Shown one piece after another: positions 36,430 to 49,745 of a stretch of 64,000 nucleotides of DNA. Source of the DNA: Octopus bimaculoides (taxonomy: Eukaryota); assembly GCF_001194135.2 (NCBI RefSeq), contig NC_068982.1:186177195-186241194 (forward strand), given 5' to 3'. Position 1 is the stretch's first letter. Each line of letters opens with the position of its first letter. The notes beneath the pieces were generated by a model. The model did no database searches, was not told where the DNA came from, and saw nothing but the letters and a program-made list of their open reading frames with translations. The translations under genes were made by a program, and so were the position numbers.

Positions 36430-38105
36430 AAAGACTATTAAATGCAGAGAATAGATGAGAAAAAGGGAGTCTTCCTGATGTGAACCCGATAGAGGGACCA
36501 GCTATCCTAATTGATAGCTGCATGATAGATGAGGTAATTAAAGATATGAAGACAGGGAAGGCCCCCCCCCCTGGTCTATCAGGAGTCATTACCAATATTC
36601 TTTAAGAGAGCTGGCTGAGTTGGATATAGTTTTGCCTCCCATATAATTAATAAGGTTATTCAGGAAGGCCTAATCCCTAGAGACTGGTGCAGCAGCATCA
36701 TAGTCAGCTGCTATAATGGCAAAGGAGATCCCTTAGATAGAAATAATTATCAAGACATCAAATTGCTGGACCAGAGGATGAAAGCTGCAGGGAAATTTAT
36801 AGGAACCAAATTAGACTAGATAAAATGCAGTTTCGCTTTCTCCCAGGGAGAAGCACCACCGATGCAGGTAACTGCAAGAGAAGTGTTTAGTTAAGAACAA
36901 GCTGTTGTACTTGGCTTTTGTTGACCTAGAGCAGGGGTTCCCAGAGTGTGCGGTATTGATCCCTTGGGAGTGATGGAAATTTCCAAGGGACCACTTAAGA
37001 AAAGTGGGGTGATATTGGGGTGACGATTTATGTACAAACAGCAAAATAATGGGTTCGTGAGGTTAAGTTTTATTTGTGAAATACAGTTGCTTTGAATTTG
37101 CTTCAGAAAGAGGTCTATGTTTGTGATAGTTAGTTGGGGTGGGGGCGCTAGGAATGTAGCTTGGATGTCAAGGGGGCGGCAGCCCGGAAAAGTTTGGGAA
37201 CCACTGATCTAGAGAAAGCCTTCAACAGAATACATCACTCTGTGATATAATATGGTGGTCACCGAGGAAGCAAGGGATAGATGAATGGCTTGTAGAAGCA
37301 GTACAGACCATGTACATGGGTACTGTTAGTAAGGTAAGAGTTGGTCATAGGCACAGTGATGAATTTAGTGTAGAGGTAGTTGTCAACCAAAGGTCAGTCC
37401 TCAGCCCTTTCCTATTCATCAGTGTCCTCCAGACCATAATGGAGGAATTTAAGACTGGAAGCCCATAGGAACTACTATATGCTGATGATCTTGCCCTCAT
37501 AGCAGAATCTGTAATAGAATTAGAAAAGAGGTTCCAGATATGGAAACAAAACCTGGAATCAATATCAAAGGGACTTAAANNNNNNNNNNNNNNNNNNNNN
37601 NNNNNNNNNNNNNNNNNNNNNNNNNNNNNNNNNNNNNNNNNNNNNNNNNNNNNNNNNNNNNNNNNNNNNNNNNNNNNNNNNNNNNNNNNNNNNNNNNNNN
37701 NNNNNNNNNNNNNNNNNNNNNNNNNNNNNNNNNNNNNNNNNNNNNNNNNNNNNNNNNNNNNNNNNNNNNNNNNNNNNNNNNNNNNNNNNNNNNNNNNNNN
37801 NNNNNNNNNNNNNNNNNNNNNNNNNNNNNNNNNNNNNNNNNNNNNNNNNNNNNNNNNNNNNNNNNNNNNNNNNNNNNNNNNNNNNNNNNNNNNNNNNNNN
37901 NNNNNNNNNNNNNNNNNNNNNNNNNNNNNNNNNNNNNNNNNNNNNNNNNNNNNNNNNNNNNNNNNNNNNNNNNNNNNNNNNNNNNNNNNNNNNNNNNNNN
38001 NNNNNNNNNNNNNNNNNNNNNNNNNNNNNNNNNNNNNNATTGCTAGAACAAGAATAGGATGGAGAAAGTTCAGAGAGCTTTTACTTCCATTGGCAACCAA
38101 TGGTT

Positions 38106-38151
<46 letters not shown>

Positions 38152-38890
38152 TCTCTGAGTGAAGGGAAGATTGTATGATGCATGTGTACAAACTGCAATG
38201 CTGCATGGTAGTGAGACATGGGCCCTGAATGTAGAGGACATGCCAGGACTCGAGAGGAATGAAGCTGGTATGCTCCACTGGAAGTGTGATGTCAGTGTGC
38301 ATGATGTGTGACAGAGCAGTGATGCATTGAGAAAGAAGCTGAGCAGAAGAGGAATTAGATGTAGTGTGCAAGAGAGAAGACCGTGCTAGGTTGGTCATAT
38401 GATGTGGATGGATGAGGACAGTTTCATAAAGGAGTGCCAATCACTTGAAGTGAAGGGAATTCGTGGAAGAGGGAGACCCAGGAAGACAAGGGACGAAGTA
38501 TTGAAGGCCAATCTCTAAATGCTGAACCTTACGAAGTAGATGAGAGAGGATTGAGATATGTGGCACATTACTGGACTCGAGAAGACCTGCCCACCACAAC
38601 AGAACTGAGATCCTGAAACCAAGGTGCCACATGAAAAGCATTGGTGTGGGTGCTGGTGCCATGTGAAAAGAATTGGTACTGGTGCCATATAAAATGTACT
38701 GGGGATGGGGCCATGGGAAAAGCACCTGGTACATTGTATAGAGTGGTTGGTATTAGGAAGGGCTTCCAGCTGTAGAAACCAAACCAAAACAGACTTTGGA
38801 ATTTGGTGTGACGCCTGGCCTTGCAAGTTCCTGTCCAACTGTCCATCTCATGCCAGCATGGAAAATGAACATTAAATATTGATGATGATA
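36430..38890 (+). pseudogene. Degenerate RTE LINE (RT through 3' UTR and GAT tail), with hAT MITE, gap and (CT)n insertions
   Basis: MKTGKAP, YLAFVDLE|KAFN, ELLYADDLALIAES, GRGRPRK. The ORF end runs directly into the abundant ...CATGCCAGCATGGAAAA..TTAAA(TGA)n tail. Confidence 0.9.
36932..37206. mobile_element. 275-bp hAT (Charlie-like) MITE
   Basis: TIR CAGGGGTTCCCA / TGGGAACCACTG; 8-bp TSD ACCTAGAG / ATCTAGAG (NTCTAGAN-type target). Confidence 0.88.
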
Positions 38891-39282
38891 CACACATACT
38901 CATACACATACATGCACATATATACATACACATATGCATACACTCATATACACACACACTCATATACATATATGTATGGCGCCATCATGGGCACAGGAAC
39001 GTTTCATTATATATTCAGTGTATATCTAGTGTAGCTAGTGGGGTGGTAGGGACGGTCTGCCCAGGCGGCACTTTTAAAAGGGCACCACTTTTGGGTCTGC
39101 TGTAAACAATATGTATTTTTGTGGAGTCCTGGGGCGGCAAACGGAAGTGCCACCCCGGGCGGCACACACTCTAGCAACGTTAGTGATCTCACCCACTGTA
39201 CTGTAGGTGTTAACGATGTGTAAAAACATTTCTAGAGAGTTTAAGTAAAAAATGTTGTTCATTCCAATCTCTATTATTTATT

Positions 39283-39640
39283 TGGAGGCGCAATGGCCCA
39301 GTGATTAGGATAGCGGACTCGCGGTCTTAAGATCGCGGTTTCGATTCCCATTGAGCGAAAACACCTATAGCTCCACGAGGCTCCGGCAGAGGTTGGTAGT
39401 GAACCCTGCTGTACTCTTTCACCACAACTTTCTCTCACTCTTACTTCCTGTTTCTGTTGTGCCTGTATTTCAAAAGGGCCAGTCTTGTCACACTTTGTGT
39501 CACACTGAATCTCCCCGAGAACTACGTTAAGGGTACACGTGTCTGTGGAGTGCTCAGTCACTTGCACATTAATTTCACGAGCAGGCTGTTCCGTTGATCG
39601 GATCAACTGGAACACTCGTCGTCGTAACCAACGGAGTGCC
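39283..39640 (+). mobile_element. Third tRNA-derived SINE (related head at 6432-6650)
   Basis: GGAGGCGCAATGGCCCAGTG A-box, GGTTTCGATTCC B-box, no acceptor stem, long body. Confidence 0.7.
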
Positions 39641-39993
39641 ATCAATTTATCTATTTATACAAACTCTACGGATACTATGGAATCCTTGATGTATATACAA
39701 TAGCAGGAGCATTTCCAATGCACAATGACATCCAGTGGATAATAACCGTGGATGCGTTTTGCATAGCATACTTTAAGGTTTTTACCTAAACTTCGTTTAA
39801 CTACACACACGCATATCCACCACATGATGCAGTCCTTGTCATGGTGTGCTAGCTTACGTACCTCAATAACCCTGAGAGCTACACCAAGCAGAGTGAAAGC
39901 CTTTTGTGCTGCGAAGATCAAAGATTAAACAGTAGACTAAAATGGACCACCTCCTCTTTCCAGAGGTAAATATGGGTTTGTGTTAAAAAGCAG

Positions 39994-40078
39994 GGCGATG
40001 GTAAAGAATACGCGCACCCGGTGTTTAGGGTTAGGGTTATGCCGAAAATGGGTGTTGTGCGTATTCTTTGCCTCCGCC
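39994..40078. mobile_element. 85-bp Mutator-like micro-MITE with telomeric core
   Basis: About 22-bp TIRs, perfect 9-bp TSD AAAAAGCAG, core TTTAGGGTTAGGGTTA. Confidence 0.85.
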
Positions 40079-41234
40079 AAAAAGCAGATACAGAAAACCC
40101 GGGAGAGGAAGGCCCTCAGAAAAGACGGCCTCCGGATTTGAGAACAGTGGAGGAGAGTTGTATACTCCAGAGGGAGCAAAAGATGTGTATGTGTGTGCAT
40201 ACATACATACATACATATATTTACATACATGCAGTATGTGTATGTATGTATCGACTGCCTTGACGCAGTTGAAATACATTTGCATAATTACCTTTTATGG
40301 TAAATTACTGAAACACAAGTTAACTTTAAGAGGGAGAAAAAAAAATATGCCCAGCTCTCTTGCAAATATCATAAACACTGTGTTTGATACAATAAATTTA
40401 TGCAGAATATTGAGAAATTAGTCGCCAGTGCAGTGCTTACTTCCCAGGCAACTCCGGGCGTCGATGCGAATCTTACATAGATAATCATATATAAATACTA
40501 AACAAGACTACATTGAACGAAGGCTGCTAGCAGACAGAATGGTTTCTACGCCGGACAAAATGCTTAGCAAAATTTCGTCTGTCTTCATGTTCTGAATTCA
40601 AATTCCGTCCGGGTTGATAAAATAAGTACCAGCCGAGCCATATCGCGGTTTATTATTTAAGCTTACGTCGATTCCTCCGAGGTGGTGTGTTTTGCGTTTA
40701 TAATAAAATACGAATTTATAAAAATAATAATAATAAAATATATAGTACTGTTTCTACTTCGCGGATTTTCACCTATCGCGGGGCGGGGGTTGGAATGTAA
40801 CACCGCGATAGTTGAGGGATTATTACTGTATTTCTGTCGCCCAAAATTGAACATAAAACACACCTTAATCACTTTATATGTTTAAACAACAGCCATATAA
40901 TAATGCATTATCCAGACTCGAACATCCCTGTCACAAAATGTGATTCATTAAACACATGCCTCTACCAAACAACAAAAGCTTGAGATTTAACAGCTTAAGT
41001 ACTTCACTTCTTGTCTGCTCGTCTTTTTATTTTTATATTTTAACAAAAGGTCTTGCCCTAAGTAAAACAGCGATAATTTAAAAAGACAAAGACAAAAACG
41101 AATATAAAGGAAAAGGGCCCACCCTCACGGATATATGTAATTATATACAAGTGTTCTCTGTCTTATATTTTTAGGTTATACATTTGGGTAATTATATTTG
41201 TCTCCTTTATCTTTATAAAGAAGCACCCGCCACC

Positions 41235-41246
41235 ATGGTCACTATC
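41235..41246 (+). CDS. Candidate alternative first coding mini-exon (MVTI)
   Basis: Perfect GCCACCATGG, then 9 nt and a GTAAGT donor, phase 0. Confidence 0.35.
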
Positions 41247-43285
41247 GTAAGTTGGTAGATGAAGTCGAGCTAAAGATGCACTGCTAACTGCTGCTTGTCT
41301 GCTGTTTGGTGTCGTGTTTACACTTACAACGTTCAGACACGTGTTAAGTGGGTCACGTTTTTTATGTTTTATCAGATTGAAGTTCGTTGGTTGGACAAGT
41401 TGAGCATTAATATTGTACATAGGAGGGCAGCGAGCTGGCTGACTCGTTAGGATGCCGGGCGACATGCGTAGCGGTATTTCGTCTGCCGTTACGTTCTGAG
41501 TTCATATTCCACCGAGGTCGACTCTGCCTTTCATCCTTTCGGGGTCGATTAAATAGGTACCAGTTACGCACTGAGTCGATGTAATCGACTTAATCCCTTT
41601 GTTTGTCTCCTCTGTGTTTAGCCCCCATGTGGGCAATAAAGAAATAAAATATTGTACATACAGTATATCCGTTGTAGCGTGCGTGTATGTGCGTGTGTGT
41701 ATATGCATATATGCATGTATATACAAGTCTGTGCATATAAGCATGTATATGCATAAGTACATGCATATATACATACACACACATGCATACATATGCATGC
41801 ACACACACGTACACACACACACGTACACACGCGCGCCGGGCTATCTCCATGTAAGCAGAAACAATCACGTAATTAGCAAAGGGCGTGATCGTTACAATTA
41901 GTGACCCGATCAATTTGTGACCTATAATCGAATATATTCTACCTTTGACCATCACGTGTTAGGAATATGTAAGAATATATAATATTTGTCCTTTCCTTAC
42001 TTTCTTTGTTATTATCTAGCAGATAAGGTGACCACAAGTTAACCTTCGTTGCATTTTGAAATTAATAGCGAAGAACGTGAAGTTTCATTGAATTTCCAAT
42101 GTCATCATTGACGACTTATGAGAATGTTTCCAGTTTGGAATCTAAACATAATATCTGATTTAGGATCCTGTTAAATTCCTGAAGTTTTCCAAATTATTTT
42201 CAAAGTATGTAGTTCGGATGTAGTTTGGCTTGCTGATGGTAGATATTGCATTTATTTATTTATTTTGGAAAGTAATAATAGAATATTTCGTTTTGGGATT
42301 TGGTTTGCAAGATTCTTTGTGTGACTTCGTGTGTTGAAGCATATTTTGTTGTGTCTGGGGAGAGTCAACGACGATTGTAAACGTTGCAAGACGCAACGAA
42401 AATTTTAGGAAAAATAAATAAGTAAATGAGTGAAAACTTTACCGGCGCGTGTGTTAAATAATATGGTACTAAAAGAGAGCGACTCTGCCCAAACACAACA
42501 AAATAATAAAATAAATATAAGCATTAAATTTATGCGTTTTAGCCAATTGAAGCTTCCATTGCTGGATGTATCGGAAGTCGTGCATGAGGACTTTTTCCCC
42601 ATGGTAAGAGCACACACGAAACCTTTACGCCAAGGGTTTTCGACCCCTTTTTTTTAAGGACCCCTTTGGTTCCTATTCTACTCGGATGGACCCCCATAGC
42701 CAGTCGATGTTTAAAAGATGTATATATGTGTCTATGTGTGCGTGCATGTGTGTGTGCGTGCATGTGTGTGTGTGTGTAATCATCAGGCTTTAGTCGGCCC
42801 GGAGCTATTGTGGAAAAACACTTGCCCAAAGTACCGCGCAGTGAAAGTGAGCCCAAACCACATGGTTGGGAAGCAAGCTTTTCAGAAAGTTATTAAGGAA
42901 ACAAAAGCGTGGGTTGGAGCACTCTTGTGTAGCTATACCGGTTGACACAAGGTTATATATTTTAGTAAAGTGGTTCAATGGATTTATATCAATGACCTCC
43001 AGTACCTGACTGATGTTCAATTTTTATCAATGCTGGAAGGATGAAAAGCGAACTTGACTTCGGTGGGTACGAATCCGCTACAAGGTGGGTCGACCAATTT
43101 AGAAAATCATTATAGCCAAGTCTCCTTCAAATCGTCCCGACCGTCTCAAATATGAATACAATGGATAATTACAGTCCCTGACAACCTTTGGAAAGATGGG
43201 GCGGCCACCGATGGAAAGCCGTTAACCACAAGCATATTGGGGTCTGCTCGACCAGGTTGAACGATGCTGGTGTTGTTGCTGCTGT

Positions 43286-43316
<31 letters not shown>

Positions 43317-43479
43317 AATTATAGTATTTATAAATAGACGTTTTAAAACAATTGCCGTCCAGACAGACAAATATAGACAATCGATATGTGAAGACAGAAG
43401 GCATTTGGGAAACTTCCAGAAGGTAGAGAAATAAATACGTACATAATAAATATAGCTGACATGAAATGACAAGTGGCGA

Positions 43480-44170
43480 GAGAAGAAATAAACAGAGGTT
43501 AGAGAGAGGGGGAGTAAAGAGAGTGAGAAGACAAGAGAGGGGAGAGAAAGAAAGAGAAAAGAGAGAGAGTGGGAGATAAATGAAGAGAGTAGAGGGGCAG
43601 AGAGAGTGATGGGGAGGAGGTAATAAAATAGTAAGAGATAGAGGGCAAAAGAAATAGAGGATGAGAAGAGTAAGACATAGTAAGGGGGAGAGAAAAAAAT
43701 AGTAAGAGAACAACGTAAAGCGATGAAAGGATAAATAGAGGGAGTGGTAGGGTATGAAATACTAAGGAAAAGAGTGATAGAGAGAGAAGGGTAGAAAGAC
43801 AGACCAAAGTATGGAGTGAAAAAAGAAATACAAAGAAATTGAAAGAAAGAGAGAGGGGAAGAAGAGAGAGAAATACAAATAGACAGTTGTTGAGAGGGGG
43901 AGAAGAAAGAGAAATAAAGATTAAAAGATTGAACAAAGGACAGAAGGGAGAAACAGAGAGACTAAAAGACAGAGAGAGGGGAATTAAGAAAGAAGAGAAA
44001 TAAATACTAAAAGATAGAGGGAAAGGTATAGAAGAAATAGAGAGACACTAAGACGGAGAAAAAAATAGGTTAGAGAGAGGCTAAAAGAGAAAAGGGAGAA
44101 ATGAAAGACATACTAAGAGATACATTGGGGAGGAGTGAAATACATTTATAATGAGGCTGGAAGGAATTTC
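43480..44170 (+). repeat. About 700-bp purine-rich (A/G) low-complexity tract
   Basis: Plus strand almost devoid of C and poor in T. Confidence 0.9.
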
Positions 44171-44189
44171 ATGAAGATAAGAGAGAGGG

Positions 44190-44340
44190 AGAGGAGGTTA
44201 GTGTTGTCATGTAAACGAATATGACAGTGTAAACGAAGTAGCCAATCAGGTTACGGAACGTCACACATAATTAATGTTATTCTATTGCTATCACTCTTGT
44301 CACTCTTATCACTCTGTCAGTCTTATCACTTCTCCGATCT
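44190..44340 (+). promoter_or_regulatory. Putative core promoter of the plus-strand gene
   Basis: Full NF-Y consensus AGCCAATCAG (44240-44249), ACGTCA half-CRE (44258-44263) and TCAGTC initiator (44317-44322) about 75 bp below the CCAAT box. Followed by a UTR-like stretch and ATG 44474. Confidence 0.55.
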
Positions 44341-44473
44341 CCTCGAAGGTGTGTGCATCGTTCGTGTTGGTCTCTGATCCGTGTTTACAGGCTTTGACAG
44401 GAAAAACCAGTCATAAATAACAACATAAATACAATATACAAACCATATAAATCAATCACATTGAAAAGAAAAA

Positions 44474-44530
44474 ATGGCTTGTCCTTCGTTGCAAACAATT
44501 ATTGAAGATATCACATGTAATACAGACAAG
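44474..44530 (+). CDS. Unknown gene, candidate first coding exon (MACPSLQTIIEDITCNTDK)
   Basis: AAAATGG start, AAG|gtgaga donor, phase 0 fits exon 52839. Confidence 0.5.
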
Positions 44531-45181
44531 GTGAGATTTATCTATTGAACATTACATTCATCGATTATATATTGAAATTTATGCATTTATGTATGTTTAA
44601 TATATCTTTCAATATACACTCAATATGTGTAATATGTAGCATAAATCAAGGCAGATCCATACTGATATTGTATTAATTATAATTTTTAATTAATGCATTT
44701 TATTTCTATGGCTTTACTGAAAGTATCGAATTGATGGTCCCTAGTTAATGTTTCCCCCTACGTGATCACTCAATGTGCAGGGTACCTTCTTGTGCGTGTG
44801 GATCTGGTAGATGGACACTGAAAGAAGCCCGTTGGATTTATATCTGTGTTTGTGTGTGTGTGTCTGCGTTTGTCCCCCACCACCTGGTGTTGTATATTAA
44901 CGTCCCCCCCCTTAAATTAACGGTTCGACNNNNNNNNNNGTCCCCCCCCCCTTAAATTAACGGTTCGACAAAGTAGACCGATGAATTCTATCGGTGTATT
45001 TTGTAACCAGGCTTTAAAAAAAACTTAGACTAAAATTCTTCAAAGCGGTGCTCCGGCATGGGCGCAGTCTAATGATTGAAACAAGTAAAAATCAAAAATG
45101 TCCCCCGTCACCCCCGTCTTTTCTGTATTGTACTTAAAAGTAGGAAGGGCGTCTGGTGATGATAGTGGTAATGACATTGAA

Positions 45182-45285
45182 GGCGGACGTAATGAATACG
45201 TACACCACCGGTTTTCGGCGTAACAAAAGCCCTAATACGAAACCCTAACCCCTAACACCGGGTGTGCGTATTCTTTACCTTCTCC
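45182..45285. mobile_element. 104-bp copy of the same micro-MITE, opposite orientation
   Basis: Perfect 9-bp TSD GACATTGAA, core CCCTAA-like units, arm GTGTGCGTATTCTTTACC. Confidence 0.85.
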
Positions 45286-46868
45286 GACATTGAATATTGA
45301 AGTCTTAGATACGACTGTCCTAAATAACCAAACAATGCTGGTAGTCATAGCAGAACTGTACCTTTGATCTTAATTAAATTGATCTTAATTACCCTGCTGC
45401 ACGATCAGGCATAAAGACGATGTACCTTGTGTGTTAGGGCAAAACAAGATTAAATAGAATTCAGAACATATTTGTATATTTAATCAGCAGAAGTTACAAA
45501 GTGACTCAAAGGACGAGAATTTCGTAAATGGTATTTATTGAACTGGTTTCAAATTTGGGAGTCTACTGTTAAATAAATTGGTTTCTAATGATAATTATAT
45601 GCAAACAAGGAAAGAAAAAAAAAGAGTACTTTGTATGTAAAACTGTGAGGGTTAGAAAATATTCGGCTCTAAACAAATTTCAATTATTGTAATTATAAAT
45701 GTACGTAGATCCTTCGTACGTATGTATGTGTAAAAGAGAGAGACCTTGTTTTTTCACTATTCAACTGTAAAAAAAAAAATTAAGGAAACAAAAAAATTTC
45801 TATGTGAGACTATCTTCGAAAGATCGACATATATTTATAATTACAACAACTGTAATTCTCAAATGGTTACACGATCACAATAGGAAGTAATCAGACGACT
45901 ACAGTACCTTAACTTAAATTACTCTGTTGTAATTAAACTGTTGTAATTACTCAACATAACATAGTCTAGTTCTCCCCATTTTGGTCGAAACCAAATGAAA
46001 GTTCTTATGACAATGTTGGAAAAATACATTTGCCATTGTTGTATAAAATTGATTCATTTTATATAATCGGTACAATAATTATAATTTTACCTTTATTTCA
46101 TTTTTGAAATTTCATGATAATGGAATAATGACGACTAAAATATTGTATTAGATTAAAATAAAATTAAATAATAATGCAAACTTTCTCATGTTTGTACTTG
46201 CAATAAATGAATATATCTTATTGATAACAACAGTACAGTTTAGCTAGCAATTATTTACTCGAAAACCTTAATTCTATTTAAGGTGTTTAGACATTTTAAA
46301 ATTTTCAGCACGACCCAATAGTTAACACACACACACAAACATAAACATAATGGTAATTAAGATGTAATTTATGGCAGGAATAGCGGTTTCATCTGCTGCC
46401 AGGAATATTCAGACTTGCAAAGAATTGGAGAACTAGATGTTGAGAGAAAGGGTTAGGTTTGGTTTGGAAGTGCTTAGATTGTTTGTATATGATGTGGAGT
46501 AGATGGTTCTATCTCAGTTTTTTGGTGGGGTAGGATGGTCAGTATTTCGTTTTTATCTAATATATGCGGCGGCGGTGGTGGTGGTGGACAACAATTTCTT
46601 TTACTTGATTATGTATACGTGCGTTGCTAGGCATTACTGGACTACATTAAACAATACAATAATTCTACTACTCTACATGTATTTCAGTTAAGGATACAAA
46701 ATAAATACACACGCATACATACTGTATAGATTTCTCTCTCACACACACACACAAGTGTACATCAATGGCAATATGTGTATACATGAAATTGATGAATAAA
46801 ACAAGTGTATTCTACACATTGTGGTAGAGAGATTTTACTGCCTGCTCTGTTGTTTAATCTCTTTCTCT

Positions 46869-46915
<47 letters not shown>

Positions 46916-47201
46916 TCTTTCTATCCCCTGATTTTTGTTCTTTGTTTTACTCTCTTCTTTCCTTAATTATTGTCTCTTCTTCCAGATAACAAATCGTAAC
47001 TAACTAAATTGATTGATTGATAGATAGATAAATAGATAAATTGATTGATAGATAAATATTGATTGCACACACACACATACTTGGGGTAATAAGATATATG
47101 TAAGCAGCCCTCGATCGGTTTAGCTGGTTATGGAGATTTCCGCACCTACTTAAGAAAAATTCCACGCATAGTCGTCTATATATATATATATATATATAGA
47201 T

Positions 47202-47235
<34 letters not shown>

Positions 47236-47929
47236 ATGTATAGGCACACAAAGACAGGTGGGGCTTTTTTCTTTAATATTTCACTAATTTTTTTTTTTTT
47301 GTAATTTCCCAAATAATTCTATAATCTGTGGTAAATTCAATTTTATCATAAAAATTTAGAATTGTATAAAGAATTGTATAAAATCATAACATTACAATTT
47401 TTTTTTTTCTTTCATAGAATTAATGAACAAATACAAGGGGAAATTTTAATCATCATTATCATAATTATAACCAGAACCTCTAAGAACCATATTCTCTGTT
47501 GTCTTGGAAGAAATGGTAGAAGAATGCTGTGAGTGGTTCCCCTCCCCCAACGTCCTTCTCATAGAGACAGACAGACAGAGGAATCGGTCGCAGCACTTGG
47601 CTGGGTTTTTATCGATATTTAAAGATAAGAGGTTAAGTTTATCCAGGCAAGATGCATTGAGACGGTAGAAATACCGCAAAATAATTCGGTCCGCCTTCCT
47701 ATTTCTGCCAATCGATCGACCTCCTATTTTGGAATGCATTATTGGTAATACATGTCGACAACCTTCATTGATTATGTGTGTGCACGTATAATGCATAATA
47801 TGCATATACATGTATACTGCATGCACGTATATACGTGGGTGTATATGTGTGCATACAATAATGTATATATACAAGATTATGTATGAAGCTGTCTTCGACA
47901 TTTTTTTAACATGTTATTTACATTGCGTA

Positions 47930-47993
<64 letters not shown>

Positions 47994-48715
47994 TTTATTA
48001 ATGAATATTAAATTTAATTCTAGTTCTGGCCCGTCTTGGAGTTGCGGATGCCAAAATGGTAAAATAAGGAATAATTATATGTGCATAACTAGCATTATAA
48101 AAATGGTCAAACATATTCAAATAGAAGGAAGAGAAGAATAAGTGAGATTGTTGGTATTGATTACTGGTAGCACCATTACAAGACTGCTGGAATCTGGAGC
48201 ATACAACATGGGTGGATTCTGTTGTATAATGAGTGCTGTTGCCTGCTAGAAGTAGCAACTAAATCTTTCTGACATCACATCGTAATGTCACTGGGAAGGA
48301 CACATTGAGTAATTTGGTTCTAGATATAAGGTGTGTCAGTCTGACTGTACGGTCATAGTCGGGGCACTTGTGATCATAGGTCTGTCTGATAATTAATGGT
48401 TGGCCTGGGGCTAAACAAGAATAGCAAACATAAGTGAAATATTCTGTAACTGAGGTCTCTGAAAATGGTCCGAGTTAAAAGATGGATCGTGTTTCTAAAC
48501 ACACACACACACACACGTATGTGTCTGTATATATTATTTTATTTGTTTCCGCCATTTGACTGCAGCCATGCTGGAGCACCGCCTTTAGTCGATCAAATCG
48601 ACCCCAGGACTTATTCTTTGTAAGCCTAGTACTTATTCTATCGGTCGTTTTTGCCGAACTGCTAAGTTACAGGGACATAAACACCAGCATCGGTTGTCAA
48701 GCGATGGTGGGGGGA

Positions 48716-48761
<46 letters not shown>

Positions 48762-48890
48762 NNNNNNNNNNNNNNNNNNNNNNNNNNNNNNNNNNNNNNN
48801 NNNNNNNNNNNNNNNNNNNNNNNNNNNNNNNNNNNNNNNNNNNNNNNNNNNNNNNNNNNNNNNNNNNNNNNNNNNNNNNNNNNNNNNNNN

Positions 48891-48940
<50 letters not shown>

Positions 48941-49518
48941 CACATATATATATATATATATATATGTACGTGTCTATATTGATTTATATGCGAGAGAGAG
49001 AAAGGCTTAAATACGAATTCCAAGTCTTAACGTAAGTGTCTATTAGTGTGTTCAAAGTCCTGCAGTGTGTCTGTGTTTATTCATGTCACGATTTAAACAA
49101 GTGACAAGGTTTACATGTAAGGCAATATATGAACACAAATGGCTGCTTGTCCATTCTGCGTTGAACACAAAAATTCACACTATTTAAGTGCCTCATTACA
49201 GATATTCAAGACCTTTCCCACTCCTTCTGAACAAGAAGGAATTGTCTTTTCACTTCAGTGTTTCTTATTAAATTATTTGTAAAGGAACAGGATATTAGGG
49301 TTAAAGCCATTTACGTGATTTACAAAGAATTCGTTAATGGCGACTTAATGGTGACAGTGGAACACCATTGTTGATGAAACCGTCAGATCGCATATATAAA
49401 TATATAAATGTGTGTGTGTGTATGTATGTGTCCACACGCATACACATTATATATAACAGCCGTTGGCTGTCTTCAAGTTCCTTCTTCTAAGTGACCGGAC
49501 AGCTATTTTTGAGCTTTG

Positions 49519-49575
49519 GCCCCCATGGAATGAATATATATATATATATATATATATTATTCATTCCATGGGGGC
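49519..49575. repeat. 57-bp near-perfect palindrome with (TA)n centre
   Basis: GCCCCCATGGAATGAATA / TATTCATTCCATGGGGGC perfect 18-bp arms around a 21-nt TA run. Confidence 0.95.
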
Positions 49576-49714
49576 GCATAGCACAAAGATTGCGTGTGTA
49601 TATGTATGTTTGTTTGTACACAGTAGACATAGAATATAATTGTGTGTGTGTATATATATATTGTATATATATATATATATAATGTAGAGAGAGAATGTTG
49701 AATGTGTGTGTGTG

Positions 49715-49745
<31 letters not shown>

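Noticed and set aside
44902-44968. Duplicated GTCCCCCCCCTTAAATTAACGGTTCGAC
   Set aside because: Same 10-N overlap artefact.
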